From the NCBI GenBank assembly GCA_037305845.1, contig CP147778.1:2560001-2624000 (forward strand): a stretch of 64,000 bases of DNA. Direction: 5' to 3'. The DNA is from Candidatus Freyarchaeum deiterrae. Its GTDB lineage: Archaea > Asgardarchaeota > Jordiarchaeia > Jordiarchaeales > Jordiarchaeaceae. The notes beneath the pieces were generated by a model, which was not told the DNA's origin, made no database searches, and saw nothing but the letters and a program-made list of their open reading frames with translations. Both the position numbers and the translations under genes were made by a program. This document shows positions 41,199 to 50,498 of the stretch, one piece after another. Within the stretch, counting starts at the first letter, position 1; each line of letters begins with the position of its first letter.

Positions 41199-42503
41199 TT
41201 ATTCTGATATGGGTGTTATTAAACCTTGTGATAATCGGATTTTGTCGCACCATAAAGCTGTGTTTATTAGGGTACTCATGTCGTACATGTCTACGGGGGG
41301 TTGGTTTTGCTCCGCGAGTAACAAATTTATCTCCAATAGTAATTGATTTTTAGATTTGGGTTTTTCTGGGTCTAATTTGTCGAAAAAGGTTTTGAAGGCT
41401 GGAAATTCTGAAACAATTTCCAGAAACTTTTGTTTTGCTAATCTCTCATCTGAGATTATATTTTGATAAAATTCCAAACCTTTTGGAGTTAGGTATACAA
41501 TTCCACGGGTACGTTTCAATAGACCTAACATTTTTCCGAAGCGGGTGTGATCCCCTCCACTTGTTTCCAGCTTCATGTAAACTAACGTTTGAATCGGCAT
41601 ATTATTCTCAGGACTTGAGCCCAGGTTCTTTATTAGCTCAAAAAATTTTTCTGGTACTATAAGCGGAAGTGAAGTACCCTTTCTGTCAGAACGCTCTCTT
41701 TTTTCTTTGGCGTATGAAAAGTAAAAAATAAAATTCCCAGCATCATGAATTAATTCTAAACGCGGTGGAGCATTCTCTCCGATAGATAAATACACCTCTT
41801 TACACATTTTTATTGCTGGAAGTAAAGTTTTAAGATACTTCGAAACTGTTTCTATTGTTGTATTTTCACTTTTAATGTACTTACAATTGATTTCTGTTTC
41901 TACTTGGAAATCCCCCTGAGAGGCTTCTAATGTTAGAATTTGTTTATCCGATTCCCCGTTACTTGTAATCTTTATCTCGTCCGAGATCGCAGTAACTTGA
42001 GATAGTGCATCGTAAAAAACACCTGCATTCACGTAAGCCTCGCTCAGGTAAGCGTGCTCCTTCGGATCTGGAATTATGGGCTCTGCTATGTAATTCCATT
42101 TAATTCGGTATTTAGTTAGAAGATTTGTGGTACTTCCGCTTAAAACTAATTCATTCTCATTGAAATCAATTTCAAGACTCTTAGCTCTTCTTAGTTGTGG
42201 TAGTATCTTATCTAAAAGAGAAACATCAATGATGTAGTGAGAACTATCTTTAACTTCAAAAGTACTTGATAAATCCGAGCTAGAAACAAAAAAGCTCTTC
42301 TTAAAATTAACATCAGCATAACAATAATTATGAGGATCAATACCCCTTAGGCGTATACCGTCCTGAGTTGCGGAAAATTCAGCATTCTGCAAGAATTTAG
42401 TAATATATTCAAGAATATACAAAAAGAAGTTTTTGTCCTTAACATGCAGAACTGTATCTCTCATGAGAGCCATCCATGCCCACCAACTTCTTTCGAAGCG
42501 CAC
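41199..42503 (-). CDS. PCNA (sliding clamp)-like domain fused to C-terminal winged-helix domain; start possibly at 42473 or 42464
   Basis: AEFSATQDGIRLRGIDPHNYCYADVNFKKSFF, IDVSLLDKIL, YLKTLLPAIKMCKEVYLSIGENAPPRLE...GNFIFYF match the PCNA pattern; tail has LGLL...VYLTPKG. Confidence 0.78.
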   Translation of the reverse strand: MRFERSWWAWMALMRDTVLHVKDKNFFLYILEYITKFLQNAEFSATQDGIRLRGIDPHNYCYADVNFKKSFFVSSSDLSSTFEVKDSSHYIIDVSLLDKILPQLRRAKSLEIDFNENELVLSGSTTNLLTKYRIKWNYIAEPIIPDPKEHAYLSEAYVNAGVFYDALSQVTAISDEIKITSNGESDKQILTLEASQGDFQVETEINCKYIKSENTTIETVSKYLKTLLPAIKMCKEVYLSIGENAPPRLELIHDAGNFIFYFSYAKEKRERSDRKGTSLPLIVPEKFFELIKNLGSSPENNMPIQTLVYMKLETSGGDHTRFGKMLGLLKRTRGIVYLTPKGLEFYQNIISDERLAKQKFLEIVSEFPAFKTFFDKLDPEKPKSKNQLLLEINLLLAEQNQPPVDMYDMSTLINTALWCDKIRLSQGLITPISE

Positions 42504-42504
42504 T

Positions 42505-43563
42505 TTAAATTATTTCAGAAATTTGATACATACGCTTTTTTAACTTTGCATATTCCCACAAGTATTTAAGACTAGAAACTTTCTTGGTTCCGTCAGGATT
42601 CATGGAAAATATTCCATCAATATATTTCTCATACTCATCCTCCCCGATGCTGAGTAGAATCTGCGCATTTTGAGCCTCCATTTTCATAACATACTCATTG
42701 TGAATAGCTCGGGCAGTCCAATCATTAAACAATCTTTCAGGCTCTGATCTACATATAGGGCAATCACAACTGCTCTGTAAAGCTTTAACCTGCGCAGGCC
42801 CCCTATTGTTGTTACTCTTTCCTCCAAAACTAGCAATTCCATAACCACAATAATATTCACCAGTTCCCGGAAAAATCACATTACCATAAGCCGCTTTACG
42901 CCTGTACCCCGAAGAATCGGTGCTATCCGCACCAAGATAGTAAGTAAGATGCAATGTCAAAGGCGAAGAACCAGTCCCGAGCAAATGTACCTTAAAATCA
43001 GTTAGCCGCCTCACCCCAGATATAGCTAACGAAAACATATCTATGAGTTCTTTCCTAGGTTGGCGATCCCCAAAAAACCCAGTAAAATCAGAAAAATCTG
43101 AACTCACGATACTACCGAGAGCAATCATATCACTATCAACATTTTTCTGCATCCATTCCAGATTATCGTATAAAGATTTCTTACTCCAGGAATGAACAGA
43201 AGGAACTAAACGCCCACGAAGAGTCGTACAATCCTGCCAATAAAGTATATTTTCTCTAGTTTTAAACCACAAATCTTTCATATGGGAAACAGAATCCCCC
43301 GGAGAAAAAGGAAAGTCCAAAGGAATAGCATAAACAGGATTAAATGACTCCTGAACCGCAACCACACGATTACGATCTAGATCTATCCCCTGCATTCGTG
43401 CAGTGAACGCTCCATTATCCAAAAATAAATTCTCAGTCCTATAATTTAGAGACGGAGAAATATCTTTGTAGTAATTAAATACCGAATCCATGACAAAATC
43501 TTTTTCTCGATTTTTAATTACTGGGTCCTTCTGCTCACCAATCCAAAGTATCTTCGACTCCAT
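42505..43563 (-). CDS. tRNA-guanine transglycosylase-like (TGT/DpdA-like) protein
   Basis: LFLDNGAF, IPLDFP, PSVH, IALG, VHLLG, GADSTDSS...A.YG, CDCPIC...HN zinc site. Confidence 0.85.
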   Translation of the reverse strand: MESKILWIGEQKDPVIKNREKDFVMDSVFNYYKDISPSLNYRTENLFLDNGAFTARMQGIDLDRNRVVAVQESFNPVYAIPLDFPFSPGDSVSHMKDLWFKTRENILYWQDCTTLRGRLVPSVHSWSKKSLYDNLEWMQKNVDSDMIALGSIVSSDFSDFTGFFGDRQPRKELIDMFSLAISGVRRLTDFKVHLLGTGSSPLTLHLTYYLGADSTDSSGYRRKAAYGNVIFPGTGEYYCGYGIASFGGKSNNNRGPAQVKALQSSCDCPICRSEPERLFNDWTARAIHNEYVMKMEAQNAQILLSIGEDEYEKYIDGIFSMNPDGTKKVSSLKYLWEYAKLKKRMYQISEII

Positions 43564-43614
43564 CCCTCAACCCTCATTTGAAATTCTTTTTGTCTAGAAT
43601 TTCTACTATTCTCA

Positions 43615-45198
43615 TTAAAATTTCTTCATCTCCTCTATAACATCTGGCGTATATCCTCCATGTTCTGTTAATCTTTTTGTATTAATCATAACAGTAAAAG
43701 ATAATGGAACAGCGCTACCGAAAATATAAGCTTCCCCAGGACTTAATGATTTGATCTCTTCCAAATCCTCATCAGTAACATGCTCTGATATAGCCCTAAC
43801 ATATCTTTGGTCATCAGGATTTGTTAAACGTAAAATAATTTGTGTATTGCATTGAGAAAGGACATCACTGTCAACTCTGCTTGGACGCTGGCTTACAATC
43901 CCTAATCCCATCATAAACTTTCTTCCTTCTTGAGCAATTCGTTTTAAAGATGGTTTTGATGCAGTCATTTCTCCACCCGAGGGCATAAATCTATGAGCTT
44001 CTTCAAAAATTGTTAAAACAGGTGGAATTTCATCTAGCATTCTCCCTTCCAATATTTTATTAGCAACTATTGCTATGAGTGCTTGTTGAAAAATCAGCTC
44101 CATCCCCGACATATCGATTATTGTTAACTGTCCTTTCTTTACTAGTTCCAAAATTTTAATAACCGGTTCACCAATATCTTTACGAATAAAGGGAGCTTTA
44201 TCATAAAGTAATTCTAATTTTGTATTTAAGATATGAGGAGAAGCCTCTCCATAAACTACCCTTCCTGCAACTTCACTCAGTTTATTTTTAATTTTTTCTA
44301 TATCTGTTGTGCTTCTTAGATCTGGATCTTTATGAATTGCTGACCAACCAGCTTGTAAAATTCTCCTCTGAGCCTCAGATATATCATGCAATTTTTCTAA
44401 TAAATAGATTATTTGATAGGTTTCCAAATCCCCCAGATTAACGCAAAGCCTTTGACTCTTTCTATCTTTATGAAACTTATTCTCGAATCTCTTATCTAGC
44501 AGTTTTTTAACTTGCTCAGCCGCTGTCACATAAATTTTTGTTTTATTAATAACTTTTTTAGAATCTGAGTTTCCTGCTCCACGTTCGCAGCACAGAGAGC
44601 TATACTCCCCATGAGGATCAAAAATAATTATAGGAATGTCATACTCCCTTGCTATCTGTTCAATAATAACAGCAACAGCCCAAGATTTACCCATTCCCGT
44701 CATTGCTAATACACAAAAATGTTTAGTCAATATTTCATTAAGATCTAGATGCACATCTATATTTTCGTTCATTCTAAAGCTCCCAATTACTATACTTTTG
44801 TTTAATGGTTTAATTTGTTCTTTTAAGAAATTTTCATCTGCAACAAACACCTTTTCTCCAATAGAGATTGGAGTCCTTGGTCTTCTAAATATAGTTCCTT
44901 GCCTTCTACCAATAATCTCAATTTCTCCTACTATGTAATCCTCAAACTCGCCCCGTATTCCTATACTTTTAGCATTAATATCCGTTTTAGACTCATATAG
45001 ACTTGATAACTGAACTGCACTATCTTGGTCAATAAGATAATTTCTCCTGTTAATAGAGATGATTCGCCCTAATTGTTTAGTCCCGTCTGCATTTATCTCT
45101 ACTAGCTCCCCAACACGTACATGACCTCCCGGTTTAGTAGAGAACTTAATTCGAGATATGGAAGGTGTCTCGAAAACAGTACCTATAAATGAACTCAT
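43615..45198 (-). CDS. herA: HerA family ATPase/helicase
   Basis: N-terminal HAS-barrel-like region, HFCVLAMTGMGKS, IFDPHGEY, EEAHRF, EGRKF..G...SQRPS, SQCNT. Confidence 0.92.
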   Translation of the reverse strand: MSSFIGTVFETPSISRIKFSTKPGGHVRVGELVEINADGTKQLGRIISINRRNYLIDQDSAVQLSSLYESKTDINAKSIGIRGEFEDYIVGEIEIIGRRQGTIFRRPRTPISIGEKVFVADENFLKEQIKPLNKSIVIGSFRMNENIDVHLDLNEILTKHFCVLAMTGMGKSWAVAVIIEQIAREYDIPIIIFDPHGEYSSLCCERGAGNSDSKKVINKTKIYVTAAEQVKKLLDKRFENKFHKDRKSQRLCVNLGDLETYQIIYLLEKLHDISEAQRRILQAGWSAIHKDPDLRSTTDIEKIKNKLSEVAGRVVYGEASPHILNTKLELLYDKAPFIRKDIGEPVIKILELVKKGQLTIIDMSGMELIFQQALIAIVANKILEGRMLDEIPPVLTIFEEAHRFMPSGGEMTASKPSLKRIAQEGRKFMMGLGIVSQRPSRVDSDVLSQCNTQIILRLTNPDDQRYVRAISEHVTDEDLEEIKSLSPGEAYIFGSAVPLSFTVMINTKRLTEHGGYTPDVIEEMKKF

Positions 45199-45206
45199 AC
45201 TATCAC

Positions 45207-46331
45207 CTATAACCTTTCATGAAATTTTTCCTCATAAAGCAAATGATAATATTCTGGTAAATCCTTCCTTGTAAAATTTTTTAGAAGCTGTATAATTCTA
45301 TGTGCACTTTTCTTCCTTAATTGCACTTTCATGTGTGCAGCAAATAACGGCAGAGGATATCCCGGTCTCAGAGAAAAATAACTAAAAGATGTAAATAGTT
45401 GAAGGATTTGGTCCAGTTTGTGTTTAAAAAATCCTGGAATTTCTATAAAAAATGGTTTTTGATTTGTATTTATTTTGATATACATACCTATTATATTACC
45501 TTGAAGCATTTCAATGGGAACCTCAGAACGTAAAGATTGAGTTACTTCAACATATTTTGTTCTTTTAAGATTTTTATCCTTAAATAAGTATTTAATCATG
45601 CTATATTCTGAAACTTGAGAATACTCTCCATTTGGTTTCCATTTTGAAATAAGTTCCTCCATTGATTGAATATCTTCGTCTGTGAATTCATTCTTCGAAT
45701 TTCCATTGCTAAGAGATTTGACTAGTGATAAAAAATATTTATTAGCTTGACTGTCTTTCACAACAGCAATAACTGGTATATCTTCATCCTTAAGATAGTT
45801 GAAGAATTCTGTTGAAACCTTAACATATTCATCATGAACCTCATTTATCCATGGTACTCGATCCACATGTTCAAAAAGAGCGTTATCGGGAAATGTAATA
45901 GTTCCATCAAGGAAAACCAACTTTGGAAAATTACCACTTTTATTTAATTCTTCTAAAACACTATGGGTTATTTGATATTCAAGTGTCTTCATAGATACCG
46001 AATTCACTAAACTGGAATAATATGGTGGTATAATCGATATTTTGGGTAGGTATCTTTCTATACAACCTTTTGTAAAATATGCATAAGCTACAGCTAATAA
46101 AATTGAAGTAGCCTCATACTCTTCTTGATAACTCCCACCATCAGCTGCAACTACATTAGTCTCTAAATCTTTCAAATCTGGTTTAGGTCCGTCTACTATA
46201 ATGTCGGGAATTAATTCTTTCGCGTCTTCCTCAATCTTGTGAAAAATCTCTTTAATTTTTACAAGCTCATTATACCTTCGTTTTGATATTTCACTTATAT
46301 AGCCATCAACTTCAGTTTCATATGAACTCAA
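45207..46331 (-). CDS. nurA: NurA family nuclease
   Basis: VAADGGS, FLDGTI, AVVKDS, GYPLPLFAAH; immediately upstream of herA. Confidence 0.87.
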   Translation of the reverse strand: MSSYETEVDGYISEISKRRYNELVKIKEIFHKIEEDAKELIPDIIVDGPKPDLKDLETNVVAADGGSYQEEYEATSILLAVAYAYFTKGCIERYLPKISIIPPYYSSLVNSVSMKTLEYQITHSVLEELNKSGNFPKLVFLDGTITFPDNALFEHVDRVPWINEVHDEYVKVSTEFFNYLKDEDIPVIAVVKDSQANKYFLSLVKSLSNGNSKNEFTDEDIQSMEELISKWKPNGEYSQVSEYSMIKYLFKDKNLKRTKYVEVTQSLRSEVPIEMLQGNIIGMYIKINTNQKPFFIEIPGFFKHKLDQILQLFTSFSYFSLRPGYPLPLFAAHMKVQLRKKSAHRIIQLLKNFTRKDLPEYYHLLYEEKFHERL

Positions 46332-46335
46332 CTCG

Positions 46336-46944
46336 TTACCTCCTTAGCATATTAACTATAGGTCTGAGGTGCGGATACTTATCAAGAATAGTTTTTTTAT
46401 TGTTTTCAATAAACGTTAAAACTTCTTCGAGTTTACTTTTCGTTATCTTAACTTTTTTGCTCCAGTTTTCATCAAATACATGGCTATTTAAGTATTTTAT
46501 AAAAAACTCATGTAATTCCTCATCATCCCTAAGCCTAATAAGTATATCCTCAATCTTAATTTCAATTATAGAATCAATTCTCTCTTTGATTGGTTTTTCT
46601 ACTTTGGGAACTGTGGAATATTTGGTACCATGCTTTTTTCGTAACTCTGATAAAATTGCTTTATACTCATCTCTATTAGCAGTTAATACATCATGGAAAA
46701 CAATAGGTGTGACAATATTGTTTTTCTCGTCTACGAATCCAATATCCACATTATACGGGCTTATTATTTCTTTTACTTTTTCATGTATAATCTCACCTAT
46801 ACTTTCAATTGTATACGTCTTGTTGCCAATCTTTAATTCAATTTGTTTCCAACCATAATTTATAGATGGATGATCTAAGGGAGTTAGTAAAATTTTATTT
46901 TCAAATGTTTCATTAAAACTCTTTAAAAAAATAGGTTCACTCAA
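46336..46944 (-). CDS. hypothetical protein in the operon
   Basis: Overlaps the upstream ATPase stop; 4-nt gap to nurA. Confidence 0.75.
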   Translation of the reverse strand: MSEPIFLKSFNETFENKILLTPLDHPSINYGWKQIELKIGNKTYTIESIGEIIHEKVKEIISPYNVDIGFVDEKNNIVTPIVFHDVLTANRDEYKAILSELRKKHGTKYSTVPKVEKPIKERIDSIIEIKIEDILIRLRDDEELHEFFIKYLNSHVFDENWSKKVKITKSKLEEVLTFIENNKKTILDKYPHLRPIVNMLRR

Positions 46945-49900
46945 GATGCCACCTTCTCTCTTATGATTTTATATCTAATTTCTTGTTTCTTTTTTATAGA
47001 ACCTCCATCTCTGAATTCACTTGTTATTGTATTTCTATAAAGTAGTCCGTCATTAAATATCTCTTCGATTTTACTTGGTTTACATTTGAGATTCCTAATT
47101 ATATTTTTAAGATCATCTTGAGCAAAATCATCATTCTTTCCATTTTTTAGTAATGCCTCAAGTAATATGTATCTATTTTCAGGTAAATTTTGAATTAAAT
47201 AAAGATATTTTTCAAAGTTGGTAGTGCCTTTACATTCCATATTTTCTGATAAGTATTTCTCCCATTCGGGATATCGAACGAATAATTCATTAATTTCAGA
47301 AACCATTTTCTCTATAGACATTAGAGTATCTTCATCACAATTTCTCTTGAGAAAATCCACATAATCTTTAAGAAGAAATAGATCTGATTTAGCCAATTCT
47401 CTTAATCTTGATTTTTCCAAACTACCATTCAGTTTCCCAGGATATTTTATTTCCAAATCTTTTAATATTTCATCTTCCCTGCGGGGCTGAGAAATGTCAA
47501 CTCTTATGCTTTCATATTTTTTCCACTGTTCATAAATATTTAAAGCGGTGTTAAATTCCACTATAGTTTCTGATAAAAATTTTTCCGCTTCTTGTAATAT
47601 TTCGTATCCTCTTTCCAATTCTTTTTTAATAGTTTCCAATGTAGATCTAAGTAACATGACATTATCTGTTTTGAAAAATAAATTATAAATTCTTGTAGAT
47701 AAATCTTCTACAGTTTTTTTGTTCATTGAATTAGAAACAAGACAAAGTTTTACTGCAATTTTTTGTGACCATGCCTGCAAGAAATTATCAGAGGGTAAAT
47801 TATACTCCTTTAGGGTATCTTTAATTTTGGAAAGCTCCTCTTTCTCCTCGGATTTTTTAATTTCAAAATTTATAAGATTGGTATCTGCGAGTTTAATTCC
47901 TTCTACTATTTCTCTTAAAAGTAAGTCATTAACATTTTGATGAATTTTCTTTATCTCTTGGACAAGGTCATCATCAGGTTTAACATAAAAATCTGAAATT
48001 TTATCTATTATATACGAAATTCTCTTATTATAAATACTTTTTTTATTGTAATCCATTTTAGAAAAATCTTCAGAACTAATGTCGTCTAATTCTAGCTTTA
48101 ATTTACCTAATATTGTTTTTTCAGCTTTGGACAAAGTAGCGCCAGGTATATCCTCCTTACTAATATTTTTTATTAATTCTAAAGCTTGAGACAATAAATT
48201 ATTGGGGCCAATTAACTTAATTCTCTCATCTTTAATTTCTATTAACTTTCTAGTAGTTAAAATTTTAGAAAGAAATTCATATTGTTGAATCCTAGAATAT
48301 GAAGTAAAGTATTTTTTCACAGAATTTTTAAATTCATCTACCCGAACCTCTTCTTCTCTAAAAAGAGAGAGAAATTGTTTTTCGTACTTAGAAACTTTGG
48401 AACCAATAATTTTACCATTCTCAGCTAATTCCATAAACTCCGAAAGGGTTTCAATTGCTAAATTACGCAAACCACCATCAACAGCTTTTTCAACAGTACC
48501 GATTTCCCCACCTAAATTACCTCCTTCTATACATATAGAAGAATAGGAAGAACTTTCTCTTTCAAATTGCCTTTTAAGTTCAACTTGAAGAGAACGGTCA
48601 ATATCCATAGAAACAGCATCAAATAATATCCCTTCGCTTTGCTTAATTTTTTCTTGTAACCCTGTAAAGGGGATAGTAAAACCTTTCTCAACTGCCTCAT
48701 TAATATATGTGCTGACAGAATCTCTTATAATTTTTTTAATAACATCTATGTTAGAATTAAGTATTTCACCAAGACCTTTTTTATCAAGTTTTTCGATAAA
48801 AAGACGATTTTCCATTTTACGAATCGCTGTTGCTGCTTCTCTTTTAGGCTCAGTAGTGTATGGATCTAAAACTATAATCCCTAAATCTGCTTTAATACCC
48901 TCAAGTTCAACTTTGATTTCATTTACATAGCTATCTATGAAATCTGAATATTTTTCAGGATGATAAAAAATGGCTACTTCATATACGACCTTTGAATCAG
49001 GAATTATTTCAAATTCTCCATCAATATAAGAATAACTGATGGATGTATGAGTGCAAGTCCGTTTGCTATATCTTAATTCATTTCTAATTATCTCTTGAAC
49101 ATTTTCATGTTTCAAAATCGGATCTTTATCCATATATTCTTTAATTTTTTCCGCAAATTTTGATTCTATTTCAGGAGAAAACCCGTATATCTTTTTTAGA
49201 TACTCGTCTGAAATTCTAATCACTCGAATTATACCAAATTCGTCATCTAGGTACTTCCTAAGATCATCATCCGCAATGTCAACGAATAGTATATAATAAG
49301 CTTCTCCATTGTGAAAAATTCTTTCTTTTTCTAGACCCTGAAATTTCTCTTTTAAAGTAGGGTTTATTTCAAGTTCCTTTAATTGAATATTGTACTGATT
49401 ACATTGAATTAGTATTGCCTCTCTTCTTATTGCATGTTCAAATTTTTCTATAATATCTTTATACTGATTCGGAAGATCTTTTATAATATGCCATTTTGGA
49501 TTAAATAATAAATAATAAAATAATTCTTTTGTTTTTTCATCGAAAGCTGTTACTATATTTCTCAAAAACGCGGGGTCTTTTAATGAAACGCTTACATCTC
49601 CTACTTTAATCTCAGGATTTTTATTAATTAAAACCTCTTTAATTTTATTAATATCAATTTTTTTGCCTTCTTTCCTCCAAAGATTCTCAAAAAGCTCAAA
49701 AAATATTTGAACGTAGGTTCGTGGGTTTTTCTTATTTACGCCTACTCTCCCTTCGTGTACACGGGGTGTAATAGCAAAAATAGAATTTATTACGCTTTCA
49801 TCAAAAAAATCTTCTATTTTATAACCTTCGCTCTCCATATATCTTCTAATTATCTCGTACGCAGAAAAATAGTCTAGGTCTCTTAAATCATATCTCTTAA

Positions 49901-50498
49901 CGACTACTCTTTCAGTAACATCTTCACGTGCTCTTTTGGAAACTTTTTCGTCTTCTGTTAGTCCGCTGATTACGTCAAAATAATATTTAAATGTTTCAGG
50001 ATGTAATGATAAAAGCAAGACAAAATATTTGTTACTATCTATTTTTTCTATTTTATTATCAACAAGAGATCTAAGGTCGTTTAAAAATTTTTTTTCTTCA
50101 TCTGATAATGTTGATTCTTCGCCTTCTCTCTTTTCTATTAGTTTTTGTGCTTCGTCTAAAAAAATTAATATTCCACTTTCTTTTTGTTTAGCTTGATTAT
50201 AAGCTTTTTGTAGAATATCTGCCAAATCTGGAATTTTGTCCAAATCCTTATATATAACTTCTAGTTTACCCCATCCACCCTCATCTTCACTCTTACTGAA
50301 TTTTTCTCTTAACTCTTCTATAATAGTTGTTTTTCCTTGACCATATTCTCCTATAATATTGATTATAATTAGCTGTCTTCCTGCATTGTTTTTTATTAAT
50401 TCTTTAATCTCTTCGAGTTCTAGATCATATCCTACTGGGGATATCTTTTTACCTCCAGGTGCCCCAACTTGGGGAAAAGGGTTTGGTATTTTTCTCAT
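46941..50498 (-). CDS. large P-loop ATPase (N-terminal AAA/BrxC-like domain, long helical C-terminus)
   Basis: NPF near N-terminus, Walker A GEYGQGKT, Walker B LIFLDEAQ, NPR. Confidence 0.82.
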   Translation of the reverse strand: MRKIPNPFPQVGAPGGKKISPVGYDLELEEIKELIKNNAGRQLIIINIIGEYGQGKTTIIEELREKFSKSEDEGGWGKLEVIYKDLDKIPDLADILQKAYNQAKQKESGILIFLDEAQKLIEKREGEESTLSDEEKKFLNDLRSLVDNKIEKIDSNKYFVLLLSLHPETFKYYFDVISGLTEDEKVSKRAREDVTERVVVKRYDLRDLDYFSAYEIIRRYMESEGYKIEDFFDESVINSIFAITPRVHEGRVGVNKKNPRTYVQIFFELFENLWRKEGKKIDINKIKEVLINKNPEIKVGDVSVSLKDPAFLRNIVTAFDEKTKELFYYLLFNPKWHIIKDLPNQYKDIIEKFEHAIRREAILIQCNQYNIQLKELEINPTLKEKFQGLEKERIFHNGEAYYILFVDIADDDLRKYLDDEFGIIRVIRISDEYLKKIYGFSPEIESKFAEKIKEYMDKDPILKHENVQEIIRNELRYSKRTCTHTSISYSYIDGEFEIIPDSKVVYEVAIFYHPEKYSDFIDSYVNEIKVELEGIKADLGIIVLDPYTTEPKREAATAIRKMENRLFIEKLDKKGLGEILNSNIDVIKKIIRDSVSTYINEAVEKGFTIPFTGLQEKIKQSEGILFDAVSMDIDRSLQVELKRQFERESSSYSSICIEGGNLGGEIGTVEKAVDGGLRNLAIETLSEFMELAENGKIIGSKVSKYEKQFLSLFREEEVRVDEFKNSVKKYFTSYSRIQQYEFLSKILTTRKLIEIKDERIKLIGPNNLLSQALELIKNISKEDIPGATLSKAEKTILGKLKLELDDISSEDFSKMDYNKKSIYNKRISYIIDKISDFYVKPDDDLVQEIKKIHQNVNDLLLREIVEGIKLADTNLINFEIKKSEEKEELSKIKDTLKEYNLPSDNFLQAWSQKIAVKLCLVSNSMNKKTVEDLSTRIYNLFFKTDNVMLLRSTLETIKKELERGYEILQEAEKFLSETIVEFNTALNIYEQWKKYESIRVDISQPRREDEILKDLEIKYPGKLNGSLEKSRLRELAKSDLFLLKDYVDFLKRNCDEDTLMSIEKMVSEINELFVRYPEWEKYLSENMECKGTTNFEKYLYLIQNLPENRYILLEALLKNGKNDDFAQDDLKNIIRNLKCKPSKIEEIFNDGLLYRNTITSEFRDGGSIKKKQEIRYKIIREKVAS

